DNA of 64,000 bases, taken from positions 135,374-199,373 of the forward strand of contig CBDCCS010000003.1 of NCBI GenBank assembly GCA_965214935.1, in the 5' to 3' direction. The first letter of the stretch is position 1. Each line of letters opens with the position of its first letter. Under the pieces are notes generated by a model that searched no databases, was not told where the DNA came from, and saw only the letters and a list, made by a program, of their open reading frames with translations. The stretch comes from Candidatus Velthaea sp. Its GTDB lineage: Bacteria; Vulcanimicrobiota; Vulcanimicrobiia; Vulcanimicrobiales; Vulcanimicrobiaceae. The translations under genes were made by a program, and so were the position numbers. Shown piece by piece: positions 45,676 to 55,367 of the stretch.

Positions 45676-46896
45676 ATGAAGCGTTTTAGTTTCTTAGCCG
45701 GCGGATGCGCCGGGCTCAGCCTCGCAGCGAACTCCGGGCATTTGTTCGCTCGCGCACTTGCAGCACCGGCGCTGACGGGCTCGGCGAGCACCGGCGATCG
45801 CGTCTTAGTCGTGATCAACTTACAAGGCGGCAACGACGGCCTCAATACCGTCGTTCCGTTTGCCGATCCGGCGTATTATCGATACCGGCCGACGATCGGC
45901 ATCGCGCCGAACGATGTTTTGCGGCTCGATGCCGCCGTTGGTCTCAACCCCGCGCTTGCGCCGCTCAAAGCGCTCTACGATCGCGGTATGGTCGCCGTCG
46001 TCCAAGGCGCGGGCTACCCCAATCCCGATCATTCGCATTTCCGCTCGACCGAGATTTGGCAAACGGCCGTCCCGGAAGCATACGCGTCGACCGGATGGCT
46101 CGGCCGCTACCTCGACGGCTCCGATCTGCCGGAGAATAACCTTTTCAATGCCGTTGCGCTTGCACCGGTATTGCCCGAAGTGCTCGCGACGCAACGTATC
46201 GATGTGCCCGCGATCGATACGTTACGCAATTACGGATTGCTGAGCGACCGCGATCGCGGCGAGCGTGCAGCTTTCGCCGGCGTGACGAACGATACGCGGA
46301 TGCCGTTTGCTTCGCCCTATCTTGCAACGGTGGCCGAGATCGAAGATCATGCCGAACGTGGCGCTGCGGAGTTGCCGCAACTGGTGCGCGGCTACACGAC
46401 GAGTGCGAATTATCCGGCGACGCCGCTGGGACGCAGTCTCGCTCTAGCCGCGCAAATCATCGGCAGCAAACTCGGGACGCGCGTTCTTTACGTTCAACAT
46501 GGATCGTTCGACACGCACGTGTCGCAGCAACCGGTGCAAGACCGCTTGTTGCGCGAACTCGCCGACGGGCTCAGTGCGTTTTACACCGATTTAGCCGCGC
46601 ACGGCAACGATAAACGGACGCTCACGATGACGTTTTCGGAGTTCGGCCGGCGGGTCGCCGAAAATGCCAATCACGGAACGGACCACGGCGAAGCGGCACC
46701 GATGTTCGTCATCGGCGGCAACGTTCGCGGCGGATTGTACGGGATGCACCCGGCGCTCGATCGGCTCGATAACGGCGATGCGACGTTTACCGTCGATTTT
46801 CGCAGTGTGTACGCAACGTTAATCGAGAAATGGTTCGACCGGCCGGTACAAGGCGTCATCAGCGGCACCTTTCCCACGCTGCCGTTGCTCGCTTAA
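45676..46896 (+). CDS. DUF1501 family protein
   Basis: LVVINLQGGNDGLNTVVP, PDHSHFRS, TGWLGR, FDTH, FSEFGRR, GTDHG, VDFRSVYAT. Confidence 0.92.
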   Translation: MKRFSFLAGGCAGLSLAANSGHLFARALAAPALTGSASTGDRVLVVINLQGGNDGLNTVVPFADPAYYRYRPTIGIAPNDVLRLDAAVGLNPALAPLKALYDRGMVAVVQGAGYPNPDHSHFRSTEIWQTAVPEAYASTGWLGRYLDGSDLPENNLFNAVALAPVLPEVLATQRIDVPAIDTLRNYGLLSDRDRGERAAFAGVTNDTRMPFASPYLATVAEIEDHAERGAAELPQLVRGYTTSANYPATPLGRSLALAAQIIGSKLGTRVLYVQHGSFDTHVSQQPVQDRLLRELADGLSAFYTDLAAHGNDKRTLTMTFSEFGRRVAENANHGTDHGEAAPMFVIGGNVRGGLYGMHPALDRLDNGDATFTVDFRSVYATLIEKWFDRPVQGVISGTFPTLPLLA

Positions 46897-46961
46897 CTCT
46901 GTTCGTCAGGGCGCTAGCCTGAAGCGCAACTCGTTGCGGCGGCATCCGCGCACGGCATGAG

Positions 46962-46989
46962 TTGTCACCCGGCAACGTGAATCTATGCT
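46962..46989 (+). promoter_or_regulatory. Sigma70-type promoter, probably giving a leaderless mRNA from ATG 46995
   Basis: TTGTCA-N16-TATGCT, then 5 nt to an in-frame ATG. Confidence 0.55.
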
Positions 46990-46994
46990 GCCGG

Positions 46995-47612
46995 ATGTTC
47001 CGCCCCATCGGCTGGACGATGCGCGTTCGGCGGCTGAAAACGCATGCCGGTTTAGCCGCCGCCATTGTCCCTTGCGCAATTATCGTTCATCTCATTGCTG
47101 AGGCGGCCGCCGTCGGTCGAGACGGTCTCGGCTTGGCCTTTCTCGTCCGCCACGCATATTTTGCGATCTTGTTCGGGGCAGCGGCGACCTGGTTCGGCAT
47201 GACCGCCGGCATCGGCCGGCCGCTGCGCGAGCGTCGCCGGCACTGCGCCTTAATGCGCGCCGATCTGCGCGGCGATCGCAACTCGCACGGCATCGCGACG
47301 CTCGTCGCAGCGAACCTCGCGTTCTTCGTCGTGACTCAGGTTGCCGAAGGGGTTCCGGTTGCAACCGGCGCCGTGGCCCTATCTCTCGTCGTTGCATTCG
47401 CGTGCTCGATCGGCGCCGCGCTGTTCGTCTTTTTCTTCGGTCGTGCCGGTCTACGGGCCACAATCGATGCAGTCATCAATTGCCTTTCGCGCCGTCGCGC
47501 GCAGCCTGCAGTCTGGGCGCGCTCGGCGGCCGTTGTCACGCCGCGACATGCAACGCTCACCTACACGCTCGCACGACCGAACCGACCGCCCCCGTTGTTG
47601 ACCCAGTTCTGA
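46995..47612 (+). CDS. Membrane leader protein with C-terminal RPPP motif (candidate ribosome-arrest peptide)
   Basis: About 4 TM segments with scattered His/Cys, then a linker ending LARPNRPPPLLTQF*; 30 nt upstream of the TonB-dependent receptor. Confidence 0.7.
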   Translation: MFRPIGWTMRVRRLKTHAGLAAAIVPCAIIVHLIAEAAAVGRDGLGLAFLVRHAYFAILFGAAATWFGMTAGIGRPLRERRRHCALMRADLRGDRNSHGIATLVAANLAFFVVTQVAEGVPVATGAVALSLVVAFACSIGAALFVFFFGRAGLRATIDAVINCLSRRRAQPAVWARSAAVVTPRHATLTYTLARPNRPPPLLTQF

Positions 47613-47638
47613 CTTCTTCGCTTAATCAGAAAGGGTTA
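47599..47638 (+). promoter_or_regulatory. Hairpin sequestering the receptor Shine-Dalgarno
   Basis: TGACCC-AG-TTCTGA (47599-47612) pairs with TCAGAA-A-GGGTTA (47626-47638), which contains SD-like AAAGGG 7 nt before GTG 47643. Confidence 0.6.
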
Positions 47639-47642
47639 TTCC

Positions 47643-50099
47643 GTGGGTCGAATTCGATGCGCGTTGCCGTTGGCGTACGCGCTCTGCGCACTAGCGTTCA
47701 TTTTCAGTTGCCGCTCGCAAGCATTTGCTCAGGCTTCGACGTTTCTTGCCGGCACGGTTTCAGCGAACGGCCGGCCTGCCGCCGGTGCCGTCGTCACTGC
47801 AAGCGGCAGCAACATCTCGGTCCGCACGACGACCGATGCACAAGGTAAATTCCGTTTTAACGCACTTCCGTCGGGCGTGTACGCCGTCGATATCCGGGCC
47901 GCAGCCGGCACGTCGGCACTGCGCGTCGACGTGCCGTCAGCCGGCACGATCGTTACCGTCGTCGTCAGCAACCTTAAAGAGATCGGCAGAACGTCGGTTA
48001 CCGCGCGCCCGCCGGTTGCCGGTTCGGGAACCGATCTAAATTTGACGAGCGAGCAACTAACGCGTTCGCCGGCAAGCGGCAGTTTGCCGGCGCTGCTGTT
48101 GCAACTGCCGGGTGCGGCACGCGGAGCGAACGGTGTCGTTCATCTCAACGGCGATCACGGTGATATCAACTACATCGTCGACGGCGTACAGATTCCGCAA
48201 GAGCTCAATCGCAGCGTCGGATCGGAGTTCGACCCGAACGACATTGCTTTCGTCGAAACGCTGCAAGGCGCGTATCCCGCGCAATATGGCGAGCGCTTTG
48301 CATCGGTCATCAATATCAACACGCGGAACGGCAGCGGTCCACCCGGCTTTACCACCCAGTTCAATGCCGGGTCGTTCTTTCACCTCGATACCGACATTGC
48401 GTACCATGCGAGTATCGGCAAGAGCACCTTCGTCGTGGCCAGCCGGAACGAATCGAGCGAACGCGGCCTCGATCCGCCGAACCCGGATTCACCGCACGAC
48501 AATTTCAGCAACGCCAATCAGTTTTTCCGGTTCACGACCCCAGCCGGTAACGACTTCGTGAATTTAACGCTGAGCCACGCATATCAGACCTATCAAATTC
48601 CGAACGACATCAACGGCGGAGAGCCGGCGTTGACCAACGATGCCGAAACGCAAGACGATCTGATTGGTGCGCTCCAATACCGGCATCCGATCGGCGACCA
48701 CGGCTCGCTGTCGTTTGGGCCGTCCTACAAGCGCTCGCGCATTCGCGATCTCGGCGATCCGTCAAACGACTATAGCTTCGGCGAAGCGGGGAATCCGGGC
48801 GCCGCTACGGATTGCGCGCAGGCGCTCACCGGCCACGGTCCGATCGTCAACGGGCTCGTTACCGCACCGGTCGGTAACGGCACGATCGATAACGGAAACG
48901 GCTATGCGAACGGCACCTGCGGTTTTTCCCTTGCAGCGAACCGGACGGCGATTGATGTCGGCGGTAACGTCGATTACGATAATCGCAGTGCGCACCATGA
49001 CGTTCGCTTTGGTGCACTCTACGATGCAACGCATGTTGATAAGACGTATGCCGTTTCGCTTCAGCCGGGCAATTTTCTCGCGCCCATTTTCACGCCCGCC
49101 ACGCCGGATGCAGCATACACGGTAATTGATAATGCGCCGAACATCGCTCACTCGGGTGCCGCGTACGTGCAAGACTCATGGAAGATGGGAGCCTACCAGC
49201 TCGATTACGGTCTGCGCGGCAATACGTTCAACGTTGCGTCGACCCAGTTCCACGTCGGTTACGGCATGACGAGCCCGCGGATCAAGCTCACGCGTAACCT
49301 CGGCGCACGCGATAGCGTGTACGTGTTCTACGGCCGCTTCTTCACGCCGTTTTCGGTTGAAAACGTTTCACCCAGCGCTGCATACGCGCTCAATTTGCCG
49401 CTGCAGTCGGCGGTAGCGCAATTCGATCTGAAGCCGCAACGCGACTCGGTGTATGAATTCGGCGGCCATGTCGGCTTGGGTAAAGGCGATTTGGGCGTGC
49501 GGATCATGCAGAAGAACGCGACCGATCTAATCGACGACACCCAAGTCGGCGTCACGAACTTGCACCAGGATATCAACTACACGTTGGGCCGGATCGGTAC
49601 GCAGACGGCGTACTACCAACTCGGTTTCGCGCGTGCAAGCCGGTTTTATCTCTCAGCGACCCACACGTACTCCGTCAACAAAGGCTGCGAAACGCAACTG
49701 CTCGCACCGTGCTTCGGCGCGCCGGTCGATTGGACGCCCGCGGATCACGATCAACGCATCGACGTCACGTCGGGCATCGTTGCCAACGACCGCAACGGCG
49801 GCTGGATTGCGTTTGACAGCGAGTACGGCAGCGGCCTTTCGTCGGCGCTCAATCCGATCGGCGGCATTACATGCGGCGGCCTTGACCTTTCACAGAACGT
49901 TGGCGGTCCGTGTAAGCGGACGCCGCATTTTACCTTCGATGTAGAGAAGGGCATCAGCGTAGCTCCGGGCGTCGCACTTACATTGAAGATGCAAAACGTG
50001 CTCAACGATCTGTATCAAGTAACGTACTTCAACGCTCAAGGCAACCACTGGGCGCCGCCGCGGACATTCGAGGTCGGCCTGCGCCTGAACTCGCGTTAA
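47643..50099 (+). CDS. TonB-dependent receptor with N-terminal carboxypeptidase-regulatory-like domain
   Basis: Signal peptide; TTTDAQGKFRFNALPSGVY; plug YIVDGV...PAQYGER...ININT; YVQDSW, SPR; C-terminal QNVLNDLY...PRTFEVGLR. Confidence 0.9.
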   Translation: MGRIRCALPLAYALCALAFIFSCRSQAFAQASTFLAGTVSANGRPAAGAVVTASGSNISVRTTTDAQGKFRFNALPSGVYAVDIRAAAGTSALRVDVPSAGTIVTVVVSNLKEIGRTSVTARPPVAGSGTDLNLTSEQLTRSPASGSLPALLLQLPGAARGANGVVHLNGDHGDINYIVDGVQIPQELNRSVGSEFDPNDIAFVETLQGAYPAQYGERFASVININTRNGSGPPGFTTQFNAGSFFHLDTDIAYHASIGKSTFVVASRNESSERGLDPPNPDSPHDNFSNANQFFRFTTPAGNDFVNLTLSHAYQTYQIPNDINGGEPALTNDAETQDDLIGALQYRHPIGDHGSLSFGPSYKRSRIRDLGDPSNDYSFGEAGNPGAATDCAQALTGHGPIVNGLVTAPVGNGTIDNGNGYANGTCGFSLAANRTAIDVGGNVDYDNRSAHHDVRFGALYDATHVDKTYAVSLQPGNFLAPIFTPATPDAAYTVIDNAPNIAHSGAAYVQDSWKMGAYQLDYGLRGNTFNVASTQFHVGYGMTSPRIKLTRNLGARDSVYVFYGRFFTPFSVENVSPSAAYALNLPLQSAVAQFDLKPQRDSVYEFGGHVGLGKGDLGVRIMQKNATDLIDDTQVGVTNLHQDINYTLGRIGTQTAYYQLGFARASRFYLSATHTYSVNKGCETQLLAPCFGAPVDWTPADHDQRIDVTSGIVANDRNGGWIAFDSEYGSGLSSALNPIGGITCGGLDLSQNVGGPCKRTPHFTFDVEKGISVAPGVALTLKMQNVLNDLYQVTYFNAQGNHWAPPRTFEVGLRLNSR

Positions 50100-50105
50100 T
50101 CGCGC

Positions 50106-51998
50106 TTACGGCGGCGAGGGATTCGTTTTTGGCCGCGGGTTGAAGTCGGCCGGGATATGATTCTCGATATGCATCTGCACGTCGGTCGGAACGATGCCGA
50201 TCGACGTGCAGCCGTAGCCGCTTTGTTGCGGCAGCGTTCGAACGATCGCGTCCGGGATAATGGCTTGCCCCGCCGGAATCGGCGGGCGGATTCCGCTGAG
50301 CCGGTCGGGATCGAAAGCCGATAGCAAGTCGCTAATAGCCGGATCCGTATCGACCGGTCCAAAATCGCCCGAGCCCAAGAGTGCACGGGCCGACGCTGCA
50401 GCGCGCGCCTCGTCCGGTAACGCTCCCAGCGGGGTTAAGCCGAACATCGCGTCGACGAGCTTTACCACCGACGCGTGATCGCCCGGAGCGTGGTCGACGG
50501 TATGCGTTTTCGCATACGGCGAGATGACGATCAGCGGGACGCGCGGCCCGTCGCGTTGCGGCGCTTCACCCGGGACCTCGTGACGAATGTGCGGCGGAAC
50601 GTGATCGTAATCGCCTTCGGAGTCATCCCACGTAAGGACGATTGCGCTTTGCGACCAATACGGGCTGCGCGCAATGCGATCGATCAGATCCGCGACCATC
50701 GCTTCGCTGATTTGCGCGTCGGAATACGCCGGATGATCGTCATCGCCGATAAAGCGCGTCTGCACCGCGGTTTCCGGATCTGCGGGTTTTAAACCGAGCA
50801 GATTTTGATAGCCGCCTTTGAGATAAAATACGCCGCCCGCCGGCGGCAACGCGCGCCGATCGATCGTGCGGCGAAAGTCATCCAAACCGTGCAGGTGCGA
50901 CGCCATGACCGGGTTGTTCGCAACGTAACCAAAGTATTGCGGCCCGTTGTGATGGGTGACGTACGCGGCATGCGTGCCGTCGGCGGTTGCCGGCCCGTCC
51001 TGCGGATTGCTTGGTTCGCGGTCGTAGCCTTCTTCGTACCAGCCCCAGGGAATCGCGGCATGCCCGCTACGCGCTATTGCGCCGATATCGTCCGCGACAT
51101 CCGTCAAATCGCCGTTCGGATCGCGATCCGATTTGACCGTTGCCGGAAGGTCGAGTCCCATTAGGCTGAGCGGCAAGGCAGCAAACGTAAGATTGCGCTG
51201 CGTTCCGTAGCCCGGAAAGTCGTGCGGATTCACGGGTAACTTGCCGGCCGTCGTCGGATCCGACGGCGACCCCCAGAACGGATCGAAATCGTTGAGCACC
51301 GGCACGCCGGCGCCGGAGTCACCGTTGGCGCCGCCGGCAGCTTGATCGGGATGCAAGATACGTTGCGTGACGCCGGTTTGCGCGGCAATGATCGACAAGT
51401 TTCCCGGTGTCGACGGCCCGGTCATCAGCTGCTGCATATGGTCGAATAACACGAAGCGGTTCGCGTATTGCCAGAGAAACGGCACGGTATCGCAATCTTC
51501 GTAGGCCATCGTGAGTTCGCCGAATTGCTTTGCCTGCAACGATGGATTGCCGGCCGGTGACAACCGCAATTCTTCGCTGAGTGCAAAGCGGTCCATATGC
51601 GCCGTGCCGTCAACGATATTCATCTTCGCATCGATACCGGTATGCGAGTGATCGACGTCATCGGTATCGGCGGCATACTGCGCGGGGCCGATTCGGAACG
51701 GCCGGATCAGCGTCATCGCTCCGTTGAGGTCGCGAATCGGTTGCTCGAAACTCGGCGCCAATGCGGGCACATGCGAGAAGAAGCCTTCGGCACCGGGAAA
51801 CGTACCGAAATACGAGTCGAACGAGCGGTTCTCTTGATAAATTACGAAGACATATTTGATCTTCGCCCGCACGAGCGATTGTATCGACGGCACGCTTGCG
51901 GCCGTCCCCGGCTGCGGCATGGCCGCCATGAGTAACGCTCCGCAGAGTAACACGCAGATGGAACGCCGTCGCACAAACCGTGCGTGGACGTTGTTCAC
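50106..51998 (-). CDS. Phosphoesterase, AcpA acid phosphatase/phospholipase C family, exported
   Basis: IKYVFVIYQENRSFDSYFG, GPSTPG (Ser nucleophile), DDHP, WDDSEGDYDHV, GPRVPLIVISPYAK; RRRS in the signal region. Start GTG 51998 is inferred. Confidence 0.9.
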   Translation of the reverse strand: MNNVHARFVRRRSICVLLCGALLMAAMPQPGTAASVPSIQSLVRAKIKYVFVIYQENRSFDSYFGTFPGAEGFFSHVPALAPSFEQPIRDLNGAMTLIRPFRIGPAQYAADTDDVDHSHTGIDAKMNIVDGTAHMDRFALSEELRLSPAGNPSLQAKQFGELTMAYEDCDTVPFLWQYANRFVLFDHMQQLMTGPSTPGNLSIIAAQTGVTQRILHPDQAAGGANGDSGAGVPVLNDFDPFWGSPSDPTTAGKLPVNPHDFPGYGTQRNLTFAALPLSLMGLDLPATVKSDRDPNGDLTDVADDIGAIARSGHAAIPWGWYEEGYDREPSNPQDGPATADGTHAAYVTHHNGPQYFGYVANNPVMASHLHGLDDFRRTIDRRALPPAGGVFYLKGGYQNLLGLKPADPETAVQTRFIGDDDHPAYSDAQISEAMVADLIDRIARSPYWSQSAIVLTWDDSEGDYDHVPPHIRHEVPGEAPQRDGPRVPLIVISPYAKTHTVDHAPGDHASVVKLVDAMFGLTPLGALPDEARAAASARALLGSGDFGPVDTDPAISDLLSAFDPDRLSGIRPPIPAGQAIIPDAIVRTLPQQSGYGCTSIGIVPTDVQMHIENHIPADFNPRPKTNPSPP

Positions 51999-52279
51999 CG
52001 CAGCCAGCTTAGCTTCATAGCAATACACTTCGACTCAGCGGCCGGCACGCGCTTTTTTCCCGGCATCTTTGCATAGCGCCGTTCGGAGGATGTTCGATGT
52101 TCATCGCCGATTGCATCGCCGATGAAGTTGGGATCGCTGCTCGCGCGTGATGCTTTATCGCCCGTTTCGTCCGCCGTCAAGTCGCCCGTCGCGGACATGC
52201 CGCTGTCGCTTGACCCGGTTCAAGTTCGTAAGCCTCTCGCCGACTGCGCGGGATCGGGCGTCGTTGCCAAGGCACGCTG

Positions 52280-53161
52280 GTGGTAGAGCCGCCGAGCACT
52301 CATCGTATTGCAAACGCTGTGCTAAGCGTTGATGTCAATGCGCAGGGCGCCGAACTGACGTCGATCGCCCACCGGACGTTCGGTGAAATCTTGTGGCAAG
52401 CCGGACCGGTCTGGCCGCAGCATGCACCGAACCTGTTTCCGATCGTCGGACAGCTGGTAAACGACGAGTATTCCGTTGCAGGCCGCGTCTACTCGCTGAA
52501 GCGACATGGTTTCGCTCGCCAACGTCGCTTCGAATGGCTCGACACCGATGCCGAATCGTGCCGGCTCATGCTTCGCGACGACGCCGAAACACAAGCGCTG
52601 TACCCTTTCGCGTTCGAGCTCGAGATCGCATATGCGTTGCGCGACGCAACGTTACACATCGCGTATAGCGTGCGCAATACCGGAAGCGTCGTGCTGCCGG
52701 CGTCGGTTGGTGCGCATCCGGCGTTTCGTTGGCCGCTTACGAGCGCTACGGAGAAGACCGCGTATACGCTTACGTTCGAGCAGGACGAGCCGCTGCCGGT
52801 CCGGCGCTTGCAGGCCGGGCTACTGCAAATAGAGAGCTACCCGACTCCGGTCGTCGGGCGCATTCTCGTCCTCGACGAGAGTTTATTCGCTACCGACGCG
52901 ATCATTTTCGACCATCCGGCGAGCCGTTCGGTGCGGTACGGCGCGCCCGGCACGCCGCAGATCAACGTCGCCTGGGACGGTTTTCAGGAACTCGGCGTAT
53001 GGTCGAAGCCGGGCGACTTCATGTGCATCGAGCCATGGCGCGGATATGCAAGTCCGGTCGACTTTAACGGTCCGCTCGAACGTAAGCCCGGCATGATGCT
53101 CATTGCTCCCGCTCAAGCGCAAACCTTGACGCTGGCGATAAGCGTAAACGCGTCCGTCTAA
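52280..53161 (+). CDS. Aldose 1-epimerase family protein (LacX-like)
   Basis: GAELTSI, APNLFPIVG, RHGFAR, YPFAF, GAHPAF, FMCIEPW. Confidence 0.92.
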   Translation: MVEPPSTHRIANAVLSVDVNAQGAELTSIAHRTFGEILWQAGPVWPQHAPNLFPIVGQLVNDEYSVAGRVYSLKRHGFARQRRFEWLDTDAESCRLMLRDDAETQALYPFAFELEIAYALRDATLHIAYSVRNTGSVVLPASVGAHPAFRWPLTSATEKTAYTLTFEQDEPLPVRRLQAGLLQIESYPTPVVGRILVLDESLFATDAIIFDHPASRSVRYGAPGTPQINVAWDGFQELGVWSKPGDFMCIEPWRGYASPVDFNGPLERKPGMMLIAPAQAQTLTLAISVNASV

Positions 53162-54678
53162 ATCGGCGTTGCGCGCATAACCGGCGATGCTTTCACCGCG
53201 TTACGCCGGATGCCCAACCGGTCGAACAGCGGCGTACACACAACGGCAACGGCCAAATTTGCGCTCAATGCGACAAGTGCCGTGTAGGCCGGGAAATTCA
53301 GCGGCCCGGCCTGTAGGGTCGTGATCGCGGTAAATTTTTGGGCGGCTACCAGCCCGCTGCCTAGGACCATGCCGGCAAGCCAGCCGCAAAGTAACGCGCG
53401 ATGATGAAACCAGCGCAAGAATAATCCAAAGACAATGGCCGGAAACGTCTGGAGAATCCAAACGCCGCCGAGCAGTTGCAGATTGATCGCGTATTGCTGC
53501 GGAACGACTAGGATGCACGCGACGGCTCCGACCTTTACCAACAGCGACACGATTTTTGCGACTTGCGATTCATGTTCGTCGGTTGCAGCGGGGCGAAAAT
53601 AGCGGCGGTAGATGTTGCGCGTGACCAGATTTGCTGCGGCGATCGACATGACAGCCGCCGGAACGAGCGCCCCGATCGCAATGGCGGCGAAGGCAAAACC
53701 GACGAACCAGGCGGGAAACATCCGCTCGAAGAGTTCCGGGACGGCAAAGTTCGGAGTGCTGGGTTTTATTCCGGCCGCGATGGTCATATAACCGAGCAGT
53801 GCGATAAGCGCAAGCAGCAGACTATACGCCGGCAGCAGCGCGGCGTTGCGCCGTAATACGTTTGCACTGCGCGAACTCAGCACCGCGGTAACGCTGTGCG
53901 GATAAAGAAACAACGCCATTGCGGAACCGAGCGCAAGCGTGGCATATGCACTGAACGCGGAGGTCGAAACAATGATGCCGGCGGGTTTCGGCCGCGCGCC
54001 AAGCACGCTCTGCGCGGTCGTGAAGATGTGCCCGAAGCCGCCTAATTTTAGCGGTATGATGACGATCGCGACGGCGATCGTCACGTAGATTAGCGTGTCT
54101 TTGACGAACGCGATCAGTGCCGGGGCGCGCAGGCCCGATGTGTACGTGTAGACGGCGAGAATGAGGAACGCAACGATGAGCGGCACGTCGGCGGCGATAC
54201 CGCTGCCGCCGAAACCGAGCGAGGCAATGACGACTTGCATTCCGACGAGCTGAAGCGCGATGTACGGTAAGGTCGCAAGGATGCCGGTAAATGCGGTCGC
54301 CGCCTCGAGCGCGCGGCTGCCGAACTGACCGTACACGATGTCGGCAGCGGTAATGTAGCCGTTCGCATGCGCAACACGCCACAGGCGCGGCATGAGGATA
54401 AATGCCAGCGGATAGGCGAGAACCGTATACGGCACGGCAAAGAATCCGAGCGCTCCGGCACCGTAAACGAGCGCCGGTACGGCAATGAACGTGTATGCGG
54501 TGTACAGATCGCCGCCGAGCAGAAACCAAACGATGAGCGTGCCGAAGCGGCGTCCGCCCAGTGCCCACTCTTCAAGCCCGGTCAAACCGCCCTGTTGCCA
54601 GCGGGCGGCATAAAAACCGAGTCCCGTTACAAGTGCGAACAAGCCGATAAAAACGCCAAGTTCGACCGGATCCTTCAC
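53158..54678 (-). CDS. mctP: Sodium:solute symporter, monocarboxylate permease MctP-like
   Basis: EEWALGGRRFG, WFLLGGDLYTAYTF, PYIALQLVG, LFLYPH, LQLLGGVWILQTFP; GTG start overlaps the upstream TGA. Confidence 0.85.
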   Translation of the reverse strand: MKDPVELGVFIGLFALVTGLGFYAARWQQGGLTGLEEWALGGRRFGTLIVWFLLGGDLYTAYTFIAVPALVYGAGALGFFAVPYTVLAYPLAFILMPRLWRVAHANGYITAADIVYGQFGSRALEAATAFTGILATLPYIALQLVGMQVVIASLGFGGSGIAADVPLIVAFLILAVYTYTSGLRAPALIAFVKDTLIYVTIAVAIVIIPLKLGGFGHIFTTAQSVLGARPKPAGIIVSTSAFSAYATLALGSAMALFLYPHSVTAVLSSRSANVLRRNAALLPAYSLLLALIALLGYMTIAAGIKPSTPNFAVPELFERMFPAWFVGFAFAAIAIGALVPAAVMSIAAANLVTRNIYRRYFRPAATDEHESQVAKIVSLLVKVGAVACILVVPQQYAINLQLLGGVWILQTFPAIVFGLFLRWFHHRALLCGWLAGMVLGSGLVAAQKFTAITTLQAGPLNFPAYTALVALSANLAVAVVCTPLFDRLGIRRNAVKASPVMRATPI

Positions 54679-54872
54679 GGCTCGGTGTCCCGGACCGCAT
54701 AGTACACGATACCGGTTAGCCCGGCGCTGACCAATAACAGCACGAATTGGTACCAATAAAAGAACGGCACGCCGCCGATCGCGGGATTCTGCCGCAAATA
54801 CAACGGACACAACAGTGCGACGAACGGAATGACGAGCAGCCAGTACCAGCTACGTATCGAAGGTCGACCCAT
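54675..54872 (-). CDS. DUF3311 small membrane partner of the symporter
   Basis: WLLVIPFVALL...PAIGGVPFFYWYQF; GAGGAG RBS. Confidence 0.85.
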   Translation of the reverse strand: MGRPSIRSWYWLLVIPFVALLCPLYLRQNPAIGGVPFFYWYQFVLLLVSAGLTGIVYYAVRDTEP

Positions 54873-55025
54873 CCGTGCACTCCTCAACCGACGCCCGCTT
54901 ATCATTCCCGTTTGCAGCGGCACCGCTAGCGTGTTTGGACGTCATTGGAACTACGCGCCAGGCGTTCCCGCCGCGCCGCACAGCCGGCGCATGACCGGCC
55001 GGAAAAAGTACGCCGGCAATCCGAT

Positions 55026-55325
55026 ATGATAGCAGATAACTGGAGCCCGAAAATCGCCGGCGATATCAGTTCGTTTCACTGGCATTACCACGACGCTCAG
55101 GACGAACGCTTTCTGGTCGTCGCCGGTCGCCTGCGTATAAACTTTCGCAATCAGATCGTCGATCTCGAAGCGGGCGAGTTCATTGTCGTACCGCGCGGCG
55201 TCGAGCATCTACCCGAGGCAACGTCTGCCGAGTGCAACGTGGTGCTGCTCGAAAAAGCCACTACCCTCAACACCGGCAATGTGGAAAACGCGCGCACCCT
55301 GCGTGAACTCGATCGGCTACGTTGA
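55026..55325 (+). CDS. Cupin-domain protein, possibly internally deleted
   Basis: WSPKIAG, WHYHDAQDE, GEFIVVPRGVEHLP, TLNTGNV. Confidence 0.65.
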   Translation: MIADNWSPKIAGDISSFHWHYHDAQDERFLVVAGRLRINFRNQIVDLEAGEFIVVPRGVEHLPEATSAECNVVLLEKATTLNTGNVENARTLRELDRLR

Positions 55326-55367
55326 CCTGCGAGCCGGTGTAAATTGCGTTGCAGCGAAGCGGACGGT

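Noticed and set aside
51995..52198. 67-aa ORF upstream of the phosphoesterase
   Set aside because: No RBS or recognisable motif, and it overlaps the probable phosphoesterase promoter.
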